Below are positions 24,851 through 36,997 of a DNA stretch of 63,297 nt, one piece after another; the first letter of the stretch is position 1, and every line of letters starts with the position of its first letter. The notes beneath the pieces are model-generated. The model saw only the letters and a program-made list of their open reading frames with translations, searched no databases and was not told the DNA's origin. The stretch comes from Hemiscyllium ocellatum. Lineage: Eukaryota. A program made the translations under genes and the position numbers. The DNA lies in NCBI RefSeq assembly GCF_020745735.1, contig NW_026867498.1, positions 248,704-312,000 of the forward strand. The letters are read 5' to 3'.

Positions 24851-25624
24851 ACTGGCCTCTTTCACCACCCTGTCTACCAATAATTCAACTTTCAAAGAAT
24901 TATGTACGTGATTTGGAGATGCCGGTGTTGGACTGGGGTATATGGACTTAAAATTCACACCACACCAGGTGATACTCCCAACAGGCTCATTTGTAAGCAC
25001 TAGCTTTTGGAGCGCTGCTCCTTCATCAGGTGGTTGTTTCTTATGATCCTGCTCCACAAACACCCAATAAAGAAGCTCATGCTTCCAAATAAACCAGTTG
25101 GATGATAACCTGATGTCATGTGATTTTAAACTTTATGTATCTGAACTCTTCCCCACCCCACCCCACCACGTGTCTCTGTTCTCCAACACGATGCAGGGGC
25201 CTATCATTAACCTGCTCTTCCTTGTTTTAACAAAATAAAACACCTTGCCTTCATCTGTCGCTCTCTCAGACACACACTGTCTCACAGGCTTATACTTCAT
25301 CAAACATACACTTCATTAGCATGCACGCACACACAAGTCAATGAGGTGAATTTGCATTGGCAGAATTATATTTGTAGATATATTAAATTTTGCTCAAAAA
25401 GCACACAAACTGCAGGCTGTTAATCCATGTAATATTTAATAAATTCCTAGTTTGGTTAATAGAACCAGTCTGATTCAAGATTGGGATACAGACCCGAACC
25501 TCACACCTTTTATGCAGTATGTGAGCTGAGATATCACCTATTTTTATAAAACCTTAAAACAGCTCGAGAAAGTGAATTAAAAGTAGTTCTGGAGTTTATA
25601 TATTAATGAACTGAAGCCTGCAAC

Positions 25625-26294
25625 TATGGAAAATAAAGAACATGAAAGCATAGGAAAGATTAAAGCATGAAGACCACTGGCAATCTGTGGTCTGTGGAAG
25701 GCAAGATAGGATAAGCATAATGGAATTTTCTTACATCAATTAGCAGAGTAAGGTTAAGACTGAAAAGTCACTACGGCGAGATGAGATAACACAAGTAATT
25801 AAGCAAGTTTCTCTGTTAAGTGTTATTATGACAGGATTGGGACAATAAGTATTTGGGACATGACATTAAGATATCTAATTAATAGTTAGTAGAGTCAGCT
25901 TGAGACAGGAGACTATTGTGACAGATGGAATAGCTAAATATCTCTCATGACAGGTTAGTCTGGAATGGAAAGATCACTGTAGCAGAGTTAGCAATAACTA
26001 TCTAACCGTGACATCAGAATAACATGAAGTAGAATGTACAACTAAAGAGATAATGGGAACTACCATCACTGGCTTATTGTGTAGTTAGACTGAGGTACTT
26101 TGATTAATATAGTTGGACATGATAAGCTAACAGAAACATGATAAAAATGATATAAAAATCCACGGACCCTGAGGTTCGGGGGAATTTGAGAATCTGCTTT
26201 CTCAGTGTCACGGTTTTTTGTTTGCAAATAAAAGACCTACTTCTTGAAGAACTCTCTGGGTCTCCTGGTGGTTCTCTACATTTTCTCCACAACA
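25625..26294 (+). mobile_element. 5' LTR of an LTR retrovirus-like element
   Basis: Imperfect inverted termini (TATGGAAAA...TTTTCTCCACAACA), TATAAAA at 26151, AATAAA at 26227, followed by a PBS. Confidence 0.75.
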
Positions 26295-26298
26295 AATT

Positions 26299-26316
26299 TG
26301 GCGCTGCGAGCAGGGT
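26299..26316 (+). promoter_or_regulatory. Primer-binding site, tRNA-Ser type
   Basis: TGGCGCTGCGAGCAGGGT, near-complementary to the 3' end of vertebrate tRNA-Ser(TGA/CGA) as recalled; lies 4 nt after the LTR CA. Confidence 0.75.
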
Positions 26317-27767
26317 TGTGCAGAGACCCACCCGGACAGAGGGTGGCAGTAACAGGGTGCTTGTTGGTCCACTGGGGGCATTCCTGAGACTGACAGAATA
26401 AGGGTACCCAACAAAAAAACATTAGCATTTTGCTGTGAATTCGGACTATATTCTGTTGGCTTCGAGTGGTCCTGGGGGACTCAGAGGTGCAGGAACCTGC
26501 CGGAGGGTTTCTCCGATCCAAGATCCAAAGGCGAGGGGTAAATTGGAGCTGATGAAGACGTGGAGAATAGGTCAAGAAAACTGCGCAGTGGGGTAAGGGG
26601 TGAGTAAGAATAGAACGTAGCAATTGTTGAGTAAAAATTCCACGTGGTGTATATAAGACCCTACAAATAGATAGGGCAGAATAAAGAAGGGGAAATTGTT
26701 TTACTGGAAGCGCTGATAGACCTGTTTAGAAAATTGGCAGTGGATGATTAAAAGTAAAATAGCAAAGAATAGTCATAGTGTTACATTGTTACTAGATTGT
26801 TAAATGTTTTAGATAGGCCTGTAGGGTAATAGGATTTTTGGAAATGAACAAAGGGTCTGTTTAAGTAAGGCTCTGGTTGGCAGTAATTGATTTATAGCAG
26901 AGTTTTTGGCTGTTAGCAGCAAAGCTCTGTGTGTGTGAGAGAGAGAGCGGGAGCAGCTGTAGCTTGCAGAATGTGTGTGTGTATGTGTCTGTGAGAGAGA
27001 TATAGAGAGTTTATAGTTTAATCAATGTGATCTGATTTGTATGCATAATTGCTTGTGGTGGTTAAATGTTTATTTTGATTTTATTTTGCACTGTAAGAAT
27101 TTAAGAGTTATTTTTTGAGAGAACTTTCTGCAGAAACAGTTAGTGATTGGTGCATTTTGAAGATGCAGCGTTAGATTGGTTTAGGCTGAATGAATGAGAA
27201 TAGGTTGTTCATATTAACTAGCTGCAACTGAGGACGTTTAGAAACTGATAGATTGGGAAGGGACAATTGCAAGTTAGAAAGTTAGGAATTGCTTACATTA
27301 TTGAACAAAGCACTATCGGACTTGAATGGTATAAGCAAGTGATTTATGAGAGCAAAGATAATACATTAGTTAGACTGAAATATATTGTAGGATGGATAAA
27401 GGGACTGCAGTTGAGATACTGAGTAAGAAATTTCCAAAGGCAAGAAATGATATTGTAAAAATTTCAGAGAAATGGGAAAAAAGAACTAAGGATTTATTGA
27501 CTAAATGGCCAAAACAAGGTACCTTTGATAAACATATGTGCAATGAGATGGAAGGATTAATTAAGAACTATAAGCCGAAAGATAAATCTAAAAATAGAAA
27601 CCAAAAAAGGGATCAGGAGCTGGAAATACTGAAACTTTCCAGGAAAGAGGGTGAGGAACTGAAGGTAGCTTCAGTGGTGACCAGGAAAGCTGCAAAAGAA
27701 CAAGCTGAACAGTTATGGGAAACAGGAAAGCAGGAATCAGCTCCCCCCACCCTCTCTAGACCCAGAT

Positions 27768-28078
27768 TAGATTAGATTACTTACAGTGTGGAAACAGGCC
27801 CTTTGGCCCAACAAGTCCACACCGACCCGCCGAAGCGCAACCCCCCCCATACCCCTACATTTACCTCTTACCTAACACTACAGGCAATTTAGCATGGCCA
27901 ATTCACCTAATCCGCATATCTTTGGACTGTGGGAGTAAACCGGAGCACCCGGAGGAAACCCACGCAGACACGGGGAGAACGTGCAAACTCCACACAGTCA
28001 GTCGCCTGAGTCGGGAATTGAACCCAGGTCTCCGGCACTGTGAGGCAGCAGTGCTAACCACTGTGCCACCGTGCCGCC
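27768..28078 (-). mobile_element. HE1 SINE, full length, inserted in gag
   Basis: Minus strand starts GGCGGCACGGTGGCACAGTGGTTAGC (A box) with GGTTCAATTCC (B box) and ends in an (AATCT)n tail; CAGAT flanks both sides. Confidence 0.9.
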
Positions 28079-29053
28079 CAGATGTGGAGGAGTTGAATAG
28101 ACCTCCTCCCTACTTTAATGAAGAGGCACTGAAGCAGTGTCCAGTAATAAAGGGAACAGTAGAAATAGAGGGACAGTTAGAATGGTATGGAAGTGTGGAA
28201 GACAAAAATGAACTGAGGGAAAGAACAGAGCGAGAAAAAAGGGACAGGCAGGAGCAAATAGAAGCTATGCAATGAGAGCAAGAAGAGCTGAAACATGAGA
28301 TTAGTGTGCTGCGTGGGCTAAGGGAACAAAAAGCAATTGAGGAATACTCATTGCAATATGAAAGGAGGGCTGAAGAGAAAAGCTGTGAAAGTGACGCAAA
28401 ACAAGCAGAAAGGGATGATGAGAGACCAGGAAAGAAAAATGTCCCAGTATCTAAAGAATGGGAGGAATTAGAAATAGCATCGGACTCAGAGCCCGAGGGA
28501 GAATTATTGAGAAGTAGTGTTGGTAAAGGGAAAAAGGGCCAACAAGGAAGGATGCTACCGCTCATAAAATAGGAGAGAAACCCACCCTACATGCCTTGGG
28601 GAACTCAGGATCTGGAAAGACTGAAGAATGCGCTGCCGAGTTTACATGAGGGAGCAGGAAAGTGGATCAGGGCTTTTGAAGATGAAACCACAGGGCGATT
28701 GCTGGCTATGGGGGAACTTGAAGGCACTGCTGGTGAGGTTGGTAGGGCTCCCGAAAGTTAAAGGAAATAATGGTCCGAACCCGCTTGAAAAATGCAGCAG
28801 ACAATCCAATGATTGATGGGGTCGGGTTTGATCAAGTGAGACAGAATGTATGGCAGGCCTTAAGAGCCTGTTATCCACCCAAAATGGACCCCCAGGCTCT
28901 GAGGGGGGACCCACTGGGAGAAAGTGAAAACCCGGCTGCCTACTTGGAGAAACAGTTAAAGAAATGGAGGCTGGAAACAGAGCAAGGCATAGAGTCTAAT
29001 CAGTTACTGACCACAATGTTCCGAAAGTCCATCAGAGGCAATGCCCTCCCAAG

Positions 29054-29452
29054 GAAAGGCTGAGGCACTTGGTGCTGTTTTCATTGGAGAAAAGAAGTTT
29101 AGGGGTGACTTGATAGAGGTGTACAAGATGGTTAGGGCTTTAGATAGGGTTGACCATGAGAACCTTTTTCCACGTATGGAGTCAGATATTACGAGGGGGC
29201 ATAGCTTTAAATTAAGGGGTGGTAGGTATAGGACTGATGTTAGGGGTAGATTCTTTACTCAGCGAGTCATGAGTTCGTGGAATGTCCTGCCAGTAACAGT
29301 GGTGGACTCTCCCTCTTTATGGGCATTTAAACAGGCATTGGATAGGCAAATGGAGGAAAGTGGGCTAGTGTTGGTTAGGTGGGCTTGGATCGGTGCAACA
29401 TCGAGGGCCGAAAGGCCTGTACTGCGCTGTATTTTTCTATGTTGTATGTTCT
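29054..29452 (+). mobile_element. CR1 3' end inserted in gag
   Basis: LFSLEKRxxRGDLIEVYKM...FFTQRVMSSWNVLP and a TTCTATG-type tail; gag resumes at VWSRLEEVVGL. Confidence 0.9.
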
Positions 29453-30062
29453 AAGTCTGGTCAAGGCTGGAGGAGGTGGTGGGTCTGACATCATCAATGA
29501 GCCACCAGGAATTGAGAGATCATGTAGCTCATGCAGCTGAAAGGTTTCAAAAAGACAAAGAGAAACTGTCTGAACAGCAGGAGGAGGTGCAAAGGAAGCT
29601 AGCGCAAATGCAGCTCGAAGAGCTTAAAAAGAAAAAAAAAGACTAAAAAGGTGTTGCCAGTAAGAACCAACACAGCAGCAATCAACATTGGCGTGAACCA
29701 AGTGCCAGCACTAAGGGGTTCCCATCAGGTAACCAGACGGGGGCCAGAAAGTCCCATGCCAGCAATGGAGGGTTTTAAGAGAAACTTTCCTGCAGGTGAC
29801 TTATCCAGGGCAGGGCAGATTTAAACAACAGCCGAAACAGAACTGGAGTCCTCAAGGACAGGGACCGAGGAATGGTACATGATAAATAATCAGGCTCAAG
29901 GGGGGCCAGAAATGATGTGCTGGGGATGCCATCAACCAGGCCACTTTAGGAGGAATTGCCCTTATTGGACCGGACCCCCCTCTGCCCTACAGTGGGCCTA
30001 GATGGCGGGAATCCCCAGTGCCCACTTCCCAGACACCTATAGGCCCATATGGGATGTGTTAG

Positions 30063-30305
30063 GGATGCCCTGCGAACCTGGGTGGGAAGGGGCACTACCG
30101 TCTAGTAGCATGGGAGGCTGATCAAGAACCAGTAATACAAGTTAATATAGAGGGTCAGCAGACACCGGTGATGATAGGTACTGGAGCTACGTACACTTGT
30201 GTACAGTTGCGGTGTGCCTCTCACCTTCCCATGTCAAGGACATTTGTTAAAACTGTAGGGTTCTCAGGGAAATCACAGTTAATCCGATTTACAGCTCCAG
30301 TACTG
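30063..30305 (+). pseudogene. pro: Retroviral aspartic protease, inactive and truncated
   Basis: EPVIQVNIEGQQTPVMIGTGATYTCV (DTG has become GTG at 30177); in frame with TAG 30060-30062. Confidence 0.8.
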
Positions 30306-30484
30306 TGCAGCAAAAGTAGCAATTTTTTCAAAATAGCTCAAGGTCAAAGTGCAACCCCTCACTTTCTTCATTATTGGTCACCACTGGGTTGTCCCTTTGT
30401 AATTGGAGCCTTGGTAAAGCCTTAACCTGGAGGAAGTATTGCCTCACTCAGCAATTTCAACCTGTATCCAAGTAAGTTGGATGG

Positions 30485-30780
30485 GCAGCGTAGAGTCAGC
30501 CAGACTATTGTGGGTCTGGAGTCACGTGTAGGCCAGACCGGGTAAAGGATGCAGCTGGGACGACTGCTCTAATAACTGCTCAAGTCTTCTCTAAAAAAGA
30601 ACTGAGTGAATCAGATGGGGGTTTTCTTCCACCCCCCACCCCACCGACAATGGTTTCACTGTTAGATTCTGAACTCCAGATTTCTGACCAAATTCCAATT
30701 CCACCATCTGTCGCGGTGGGAATCGAACTCGGGAGCCACTGGAACTGGGTTGATAGTCCAGTTGGTAAAGGCACTCAGCC
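30485..30780 (-). mobile_element. tRNA-headed SINE (SacSINE1/DeuSINE-like) in the ZNF 3' UTR
   Basis: Reverse complement of 38200-38510. Confidence 0.55.
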
Positions 30781-30789
30781 GTCGTGCCT

Positions 30790-32010
30790 TCAATCCCCCT
30801 GCGATGGCACATGAACTCGCTGGTGGCTCCGCAAGTGGGAGGAGCGGGTGAAGGCCTTCCCGCACTTGGGGCAGCTGAAGGGCCTCTCCCCGGTGTGGGT
30901 CCGCTGGTGGGCCAGCAGGTTGGAGACCTGGGCAAAGCTTTTCCCGCACTCAGGGCATCTGAAGGGCCTCTCCCCCGTGTGGACCCGCCGGTGCCTCAAC
31001 AGGTAGAAGGAATCGCTGAAGACCTTCCTGCACTCTGGGCAGCTGAAGGGCCTCTCCCCAGTGTGGACCCGCCGGTGCCTCAGCAGAGAGGAGGAATCAC
31101 GGAATGCCTTCCCACACTCAGGGCAGCTGAAGGGCCTCTCCCCCGTGTGGACCCGCTGGTGCCTCAGCAGGGTGGAGGAATCGCTGAAGGCCTTCCCGCA
31201 CTGAGAGCAGATGAACGGCCTCTCCCCCGTGTGGACCCGCTGGTGGGTCAGCAGGTGGGCAGAATTGCTGTAGGCCTTCCCACACTCGGGGCAGCTGAAG
31301 GGCCTCTCCCCTGTGTGAACCCACTGATGCCTCAGTAGGTGGGAGGAATTGCTAAAGGCCTTCCCGCACTCGGGGCAGCTGAAGGGCCTCTCCCCCGTGT
31401 GGACCCGCTGGTGCTTCAGCAAGTCAGAGGAATCACGGAATGCCTTCCCACACTCTGGGCAATCGAAGGGTCTCTCCCCCGTGTGGACCCGTCGGTGCCT
31501 CAGCAGGTTGGAGGAATCGCTGAAGGCCTTCCCACACTCGGGGCAGCTGAAGGGCCTCTCCCCTGCGTGGACCCTCTGGTGGGTCAGCAAGCTGGATGAA
31601 TTGCTGTAGGCTTTCCCACACTCAGGACAACTGAAGGGCCTCTCCCCTGTGTGCACCCGCCGGTGGGTTAGCAGGTGGAAGGAATTGCTGAAGGCCTTCC
31701 CGCACTGAGAGCAGGGGAACGGCCTCACCCCCGTGTGGATCCGCTGGTGCCTCAGCAGGTTGGAGGCCTGGGCAAAGGCCTTCCCGCACTCGGGGCAGCT
31801 GAAGGGCCTCTCCCCCGTGTGGACCCGCCGGTGGGTCAGCAGGTTGGTGGAATTGCTGAACGCCTTCCCGCAGACAGGGCAGGGGAATGGCCTCTCCCCA
31901 GTGTGACTGCGCCGATGAATCTCCAGGGCAGACAGGAAATGGAAGCCTTTCTTGCAGTCGCCACACTTCCATCGTTCCTCCACGGGACGGGATTCCTCGG
32001 GTTTCTCCAT
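30790..32010 (-). CDS. C2H2 zinc-finger protein, 14 fingers, no effector domain (406 aa)
   Basis: [19 protein letters not shown]..., 14 CxxC/HxxxH units with TGERPF linkers, VPSQGD end; acceptor homolog at 32112-32113. Confidence 0.92.
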   Translation of the reverse strand: MEKPEESRPVEERWKCGDCKKGFHFLSALEIHRRSHTGERPFPCPVCGKAFSNSTNLLTHRRVHTGERPFSCPECGKAFAQASNLLRHQRIHTGVRPFPCSQCGKAFSNSFHLLTHRRVHTGERPFSCPECGKAYSNSSSLLTHQRVHAGERPFSCPECGKAFSDSSNLLRHRRVHTGERPFDCPECGKAFRDSSDLLKHQRVHTGERPFSCPECGKAFSNSSHLLRHQWVHTGERPFSCPECGKAYSNSAHLLTHQRVHTGERPFICSQCGKAFSDSSTLLRHQRVHTGERPFSCPECGKAFRDSSSLLRHRRVHTGERPFSCPECRKVFSDSFYLLRHRRVHTGERPFRCPECGKSFAQVSNLLAHQRTHTGERPFSCPKCGKAFTRSSHLRSHQRVHVPSQGD

Positions 32011-33649
32011 GGCCGAAGTTTCAGCCACTGACAAACGCGTGTGGAGCCCCTCCCCACCGTGAATTCCTCTTTCCAGGCCGTATAACTGTTTCAGGCTCCA
32101 CACTCAGTGCACTGCAATGGAAGGGTCTCTAATCCAGTCCCACTGATGCTGAAAACGTACTCAAACAGGAACCAAAAAGCTTTGCTCCTTCTCACAGACT
32201 CATAGTTGAAAACCGTTGCCGTCCCGATGGATTGAGTGACTGTCAGACATGGACGTCAAAGTAAGGACTGCAGACGCTGGAGAGTCAGAGTCGAAAAGTG
32301 CGACACTGGAAAAGCACAGCAGGTCAGGCAGCATCTGAGGAGCAGGAGAGTTGACGTTTCGAGCATAAGGCCTTCATCTGTTGATTTTGAAACTTCCATC
32401 TTCAGATCTTCAAATACTCTGTAAAAAGAGATTACAAAAGGTCATCACTGTCAGTGCAGGGTAGAAATTCTGAACGAGGAATTCTACTTTCTGTGGAATA
32501 TTCTTTTCTTTTGTTATTCCACAAAATTGAAAGCACCATCCCACTCTCCCTTCCCCCTCTGTTCTCACTCCGCTCTAACTAATTCCCCTGAAAGTGCTGA
32601 TTCAGGATCTTACAGGGACAGAAAAGCAAAAACGTCAGACACCTCTCTGAATTTTGGATAATTCCACTTGAAGGTTAATATCTTTCACAACACTGGGATA
32701 CTGCTGAGAGGTGAGGAGGTCTGATTTTGGGAAGCAAAAAAAGAACAAAGAGTTTGTGACAACCCCTTCCCTTCAGAGAATCCCCACAGTCTGGAAGCTG
32801 GCCACTTGGCCCAGCGAGTCTCCACCCCAACCCTCCGAAGGGTAACCCATCCACACCCATTCCCCTACCCCTATTGGTCAACATTTGCCTCCTGATTAAT
32901 GCACCTAACCTGCACATCCCTGGGCACTATGTAATTTAGCACGGTCAATCCATCCTAACCTGGACAAAGTTAAAAACCACACAATACCAGGTGAGTATTC
33001 AAACGGGTTTATTTGGAAGCACTTGCTTTCGAAACACTGATCCTTCATCAGGTTATTGTGGAGAATAAGATCATAAGACACAGAATTTATTGAAATGCAT
33101 CATAGTCTCCTGCCATTGAAATGATATATTGAACAAACCTGGATTGTTAAGTCTTTCACCTTTTAGACTGGGAGTCGCAGTTATCATTACTATGTAAATC
33201 CCAGAAATTCTTGTATAAAAATACAAGACTTATACGTGTGTATGTGCATGAAAGAGAAAAAAGTCTATTTCTGTGCTGTATATTTCTAATCTGTTTGATA
33301 ACAGGTGCTTTATTTCTGTTGCTGTCAATGTTGTTGTAAATCATAGCTGGGTACTAATAGTTAGATGTAAGGGAAACAAAATTCCCCAAGTAGGGCACCA
33401 TATAAATCCCGGGAGATCCTATTTTTGGTTTACTTCCTCATGAACAAACATTAAGCATGAGCCTGTATTCATTTGTAATTTGGTTTCATTTTTCTTGTTT
33501 AATTCCCTGCTATGACTACACGGTGTCTGGATGGTTGACAGGCTGGGAGATTGTGGGTTGGGTCTTGATTGCTGAATGTTTTATTGTTCCAGAAGGTGTA
33601 AAAGAGATGTGGGTGGGGAGAGTCAAATCTTCAACAGAGCTCAGAACAG

Positions 33650-34440
33650 ACTAACATCGAGATGCCTTTTAACTGTTGTAATTACATCAGTCACCACCAC
33701 TCCCTCTGGCAGTTCGTTCCACACATGGAACACCCTCTGTGTGAAAAGGTTGCTTCTCAGGTTCCTTTCAAATTATTCCCCTCTCACCTCAAACATATGC
33801 CCTCTAGTTTTGGACTCCCCTACCCTGGGGAAATGACTAAGTATTCACCCTATCCATGCCCCTCACAAATGTCTATAAGATCACCACGCAGCCTCCGATG
33901 CTCCAGGGTAAATATTCAAAGCCTATTCAGTCTGTCGCTGTAGCTCAAACCCTCCAAATCTGGCAAGTCTTGTAAATCTTTCAAAGTTTCATATGTTTCC
34001 TACAGCAGGGAGACCAGAACTGAACACAGTATTCCAAAAATGGCCTAACCAATGCCCTGCACATCCACAACAGCTCTTGTCCTCTCTACTGTGATTAATA
34101 AGGTTGAAAAATGTGGTGCTGGAAAAACACAGCAGGCCAGGCAGCATCTGAGGAGCAGGAGAATCAACGTTTCAGGCATAAGCCCTTCTTCAGCACATTC
34201 CTGAAGAAGGGCTTATGCCCGAAACGTCGATTCTCCTACTCCTCGGATGCTGCCTGGCCTGCTGTGTTTTCCAGCACCACGTTTTTCAACTCTGGTACTC
34301 CAGCATCTGCAGTCCTCACTTTCTCCTGGTGTGACTAATAAAGGCCAGCATACCAAACACCTTCTTCACTATCCTGCCTACCTGAGACTCCACTTTCAAG
34401 GAACAACGTCTATTTGCTCTGCAACACTCGCCTTAACTAT
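33650..34440 (-). mobile_element. CR1 fragment with a nested fold-back insert
   Basis: CR1 RT C-terminal sequence in reverse complement. Confidence 0.7.
34104..34329. mobile_element. Penelope-derived fold-back insert with two inverted hammerheads
   Basis: Arms mirror about 34196; CTGAAGA-A-GGGC-TTAT-GCCC-GAAACGTC at 34201-34228; degenerate TSD TGTGATTAATAAGG / TGTGACTAATAAAGG. Confidence 0.8.
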
Positions 34441-34699
34441 GTCGGTCCTGGCTGGATTCACTTCTCCTTATCAAAACCTCAAGGCCAGGAACCTGGAACA
34501 TTTGAGTTCCTTTCCATATATAGAGTTGTTTTTCTCATTCCTTGACTGATATGGTAGTTTACTGGTCTTGTACGTCTGCTGTTAGGTTGGTTTAACTTTA
34601 CATTTTTCTCTGCCTGTCTGCAAAGTCAGGCCCTTACTTCTTTGTTTCCCTTCACTTTTATAGATTTCACAATAAATGTTAATTTTCCATTACACCAGC

Positions 34700-35085
34700 T
34701 GGGTGCCTTTTAAATGATGTAATTGTACCAGCCGCTACCACTTCCTCTGGCAGCTCATTCCTTACACACACCACGCTCTGAATATAGGAATTGCTCCTTA
34801 GGTTCCTTTTAAATCCCACCCTCACCCTGCACTTATGACCCATCCTTGTCTATTTACCTTATCCATGTCCCTCATGATTTTATAAACCTTTGTAGGGTCA
34901 CCCTCAGCCTTTGGCGCTCGACAGAAAACAGCTCCACCCTGTTCAGCTCAAACCCTGACAACATCCTTGTCAATCTTATCTGAATCCTTTCAAGTTTCAC
35001 AACATCCTTCCTCTAGCAGAGAGACCAGAACTGCACACAACATTCCAAGAGTGGCCTAACCAATGTCTGGTGCAGCTACAACATA
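34700..35085 (-). mobile_element. CR1 fragment
   Basis: Reverse complement of the CR1 RT C-terminus. Confidence 0.7.
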
Positions 35086-35404
35086 AATTCAACTTCTATA
35101 ATCAGGGGATTGGGAAAGTTTTCAAAACCCACAAAAGACAACCGGGGAAGAATGGAGGGACAATCCGATCTTTTGCGGGTCAGCTTGGAACATCAGGGCG
35201 GGGGGATGGGAATGAGGGAAGGAAGCTGGACGTGCTGGAGCCAAGGCGGGAGGAAGAACAGAGGATGCAAACCCGGTTTGCAGCTGCAATGAGGAATACT
35301 GCATGTGCTGTACTTGTACCTGTTGCAGTTACTGCTGGGAATCGGGTGCATGTTAAAATAAAAACAGAAAAGATATCTACCCCAACGTCGATCCTTCTGT
35401 TCCA

Positions 35405-35465
35405 CGTTGTGACGTCAAAAAGAGGGGCGGGGCGATGATGAGTGACGTCAAAGGGGCGGGGTGGA
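35405..35465. promoter_or_regulatory. Tandem CRE + GC-box promoter between divergent ZNF genes
   Basis: TGACGTCA at 35410 and 35443, each followed by GGGGCGGGG (35424, 35453). Confidence 0.6.
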
Positions 35466-36214
35466 GAACTCGGTCCAAAAACCCATTCCCTTCAGAGAAT
35501 CCCCACAGTGCGGAAGCAGGCCACTGGACCCTACTAGTCCACACTGACCCTCCCAAGGGTAACCCATCCACACCCATTCCCCTACATTTAACCCTGAGTA
35601 ATACACCTTACCTGCACATTATGCTTAATTTAACAAAGCCAATCCACCCCATGTGCAGACATCCTTGGGCACTATGGGTAATTCAGGTGGTTGTGGCAAA
35701 TAAGATCATAATGTGGGAGATTAGAAATGTTGTTTTTGCAGGTGGAGGGAGTGGGGTGTTAATTCTTGTAGTATGTAGCATACTTAAGGCTAAGACTTTA
35801 ATGAATATAGAGGGTCTTTTAAAGAAAATAGTTTTAAGCTTGGAAATAACTTTAAAGTGTTGTAGTTGACCACAAAACGAAGTAGCAGGGGCATTTCACA
35901 ATAAAGCTTATAGTCTGATAAGAGAAACTGGATAAAAGAACAAGCTGTAACAAACAAGGATCAAAGAATGCAGACAAGGACAGCAGGATGGCCAGATAAA
36001 AAAAAACAACTAACAAGTGAGGTAATCGGCTTATGATAGGATGGGAAAAGGGAGGCGTGATTCCGCAACTTGTAAACTGAATAAGAAAACTAACAGGCTC
36101 TGTTTTGGCGTGCATTTTTGCTTGATTGCCAAAGCGTCCAGTACTTGCAAGACTGTAATAAATTGTTCTTGTTTCCAAGGCTTTGTCTCAGGCTGATTGA
36201 TTTGTGAGTGAGTT

Positions 36215-36745
36215 CTGTTTCTCACAAACTGTACCTGCATCGACCACATCCTCAGCAAGTTCATTCCACATGCAAATCACCCTCTTTCAAAATGTTGCCC
36301 CTCTGGTTCCTTTTAAATCTCTCTCCTCACATTAAAAAAAGTCCCCTAATTTTGAGTTCCCCTACGCTAAGGAAGAGCCATTTTCTATTCACCTTACCTC
36401 CACTCCTCATGATTTTATCAATCTCAATGAGGTCACCCCCCCCCCAACCTCCTGTGCTCCAGTGAATAAAGTCCCAGCCTCTCCTTATAACTCAAACCCT
36501 CCAATCCTTACAACATCCTGGTAAATCTTTATTAAACCCTCACTAATAGTATTCTTCCTAATACAGGGCCACCAGAACTGTACTCAGTACTCTGAAAGTG
36601 GCCTCACCAACATCCTGTACAACCTCAACATGATGTACCAACCCCTATACTCAATGGTGTGAACAATGAAGGCAATGTTGCGAAATGCCACCTTAACCAC
36701 TCTGTCCACCAGTAATGCAACTTTCAAAGAACTACGTACGTGAAC
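36215..36745 (-). mobile_element. CR1 fragment
   Basis: LKVALLVDRVVKVAF...YRGWYIMLRLYRMLVRPLSEY. Confidence 0.75.
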
Positions 36746-36961
36746 CCCGCTCCCCAGCCGCCATGTCTGTGTGTTCTGTAACACAACCCCACCACTTACT
36801 GTACAAGTCCTGCCCTTCCTTGTTTTAGCAAAATGCAAGGCCTCTCACATACACATGCGCTCTCTCTCAGACACCCACACATACACTCACAGGCTTATAC
36901 ATCATCACACTCACACTTTACCAAGCATACACACAATCTTAAATGAACTCACATGCACCAA

Positions 36962-36997
<36 letters not shown>

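Larger units (their letters stand above)
27392..30062 (+). pseudogene. gag: Retroviral-like gag, disrupted
   Basis: MA-like WPKQGTFD (27506-27529), PPPY late domain (28102-28113), coiled coil, CA-like YMPWGTQDLERLKNALPSLHEGAGKWIRAFE, knuckle CWGCHQPGHFRRNC (29918-29959); contains stops, frameshifts and two insertions. Confidence 0.85.

Noticed and set aside
9408-31972. Overlapping and antisense ORFs on the ZNF genes
   Set aside because: Shadow frames of the 84-bp finger periodicity in GC-rich codons.
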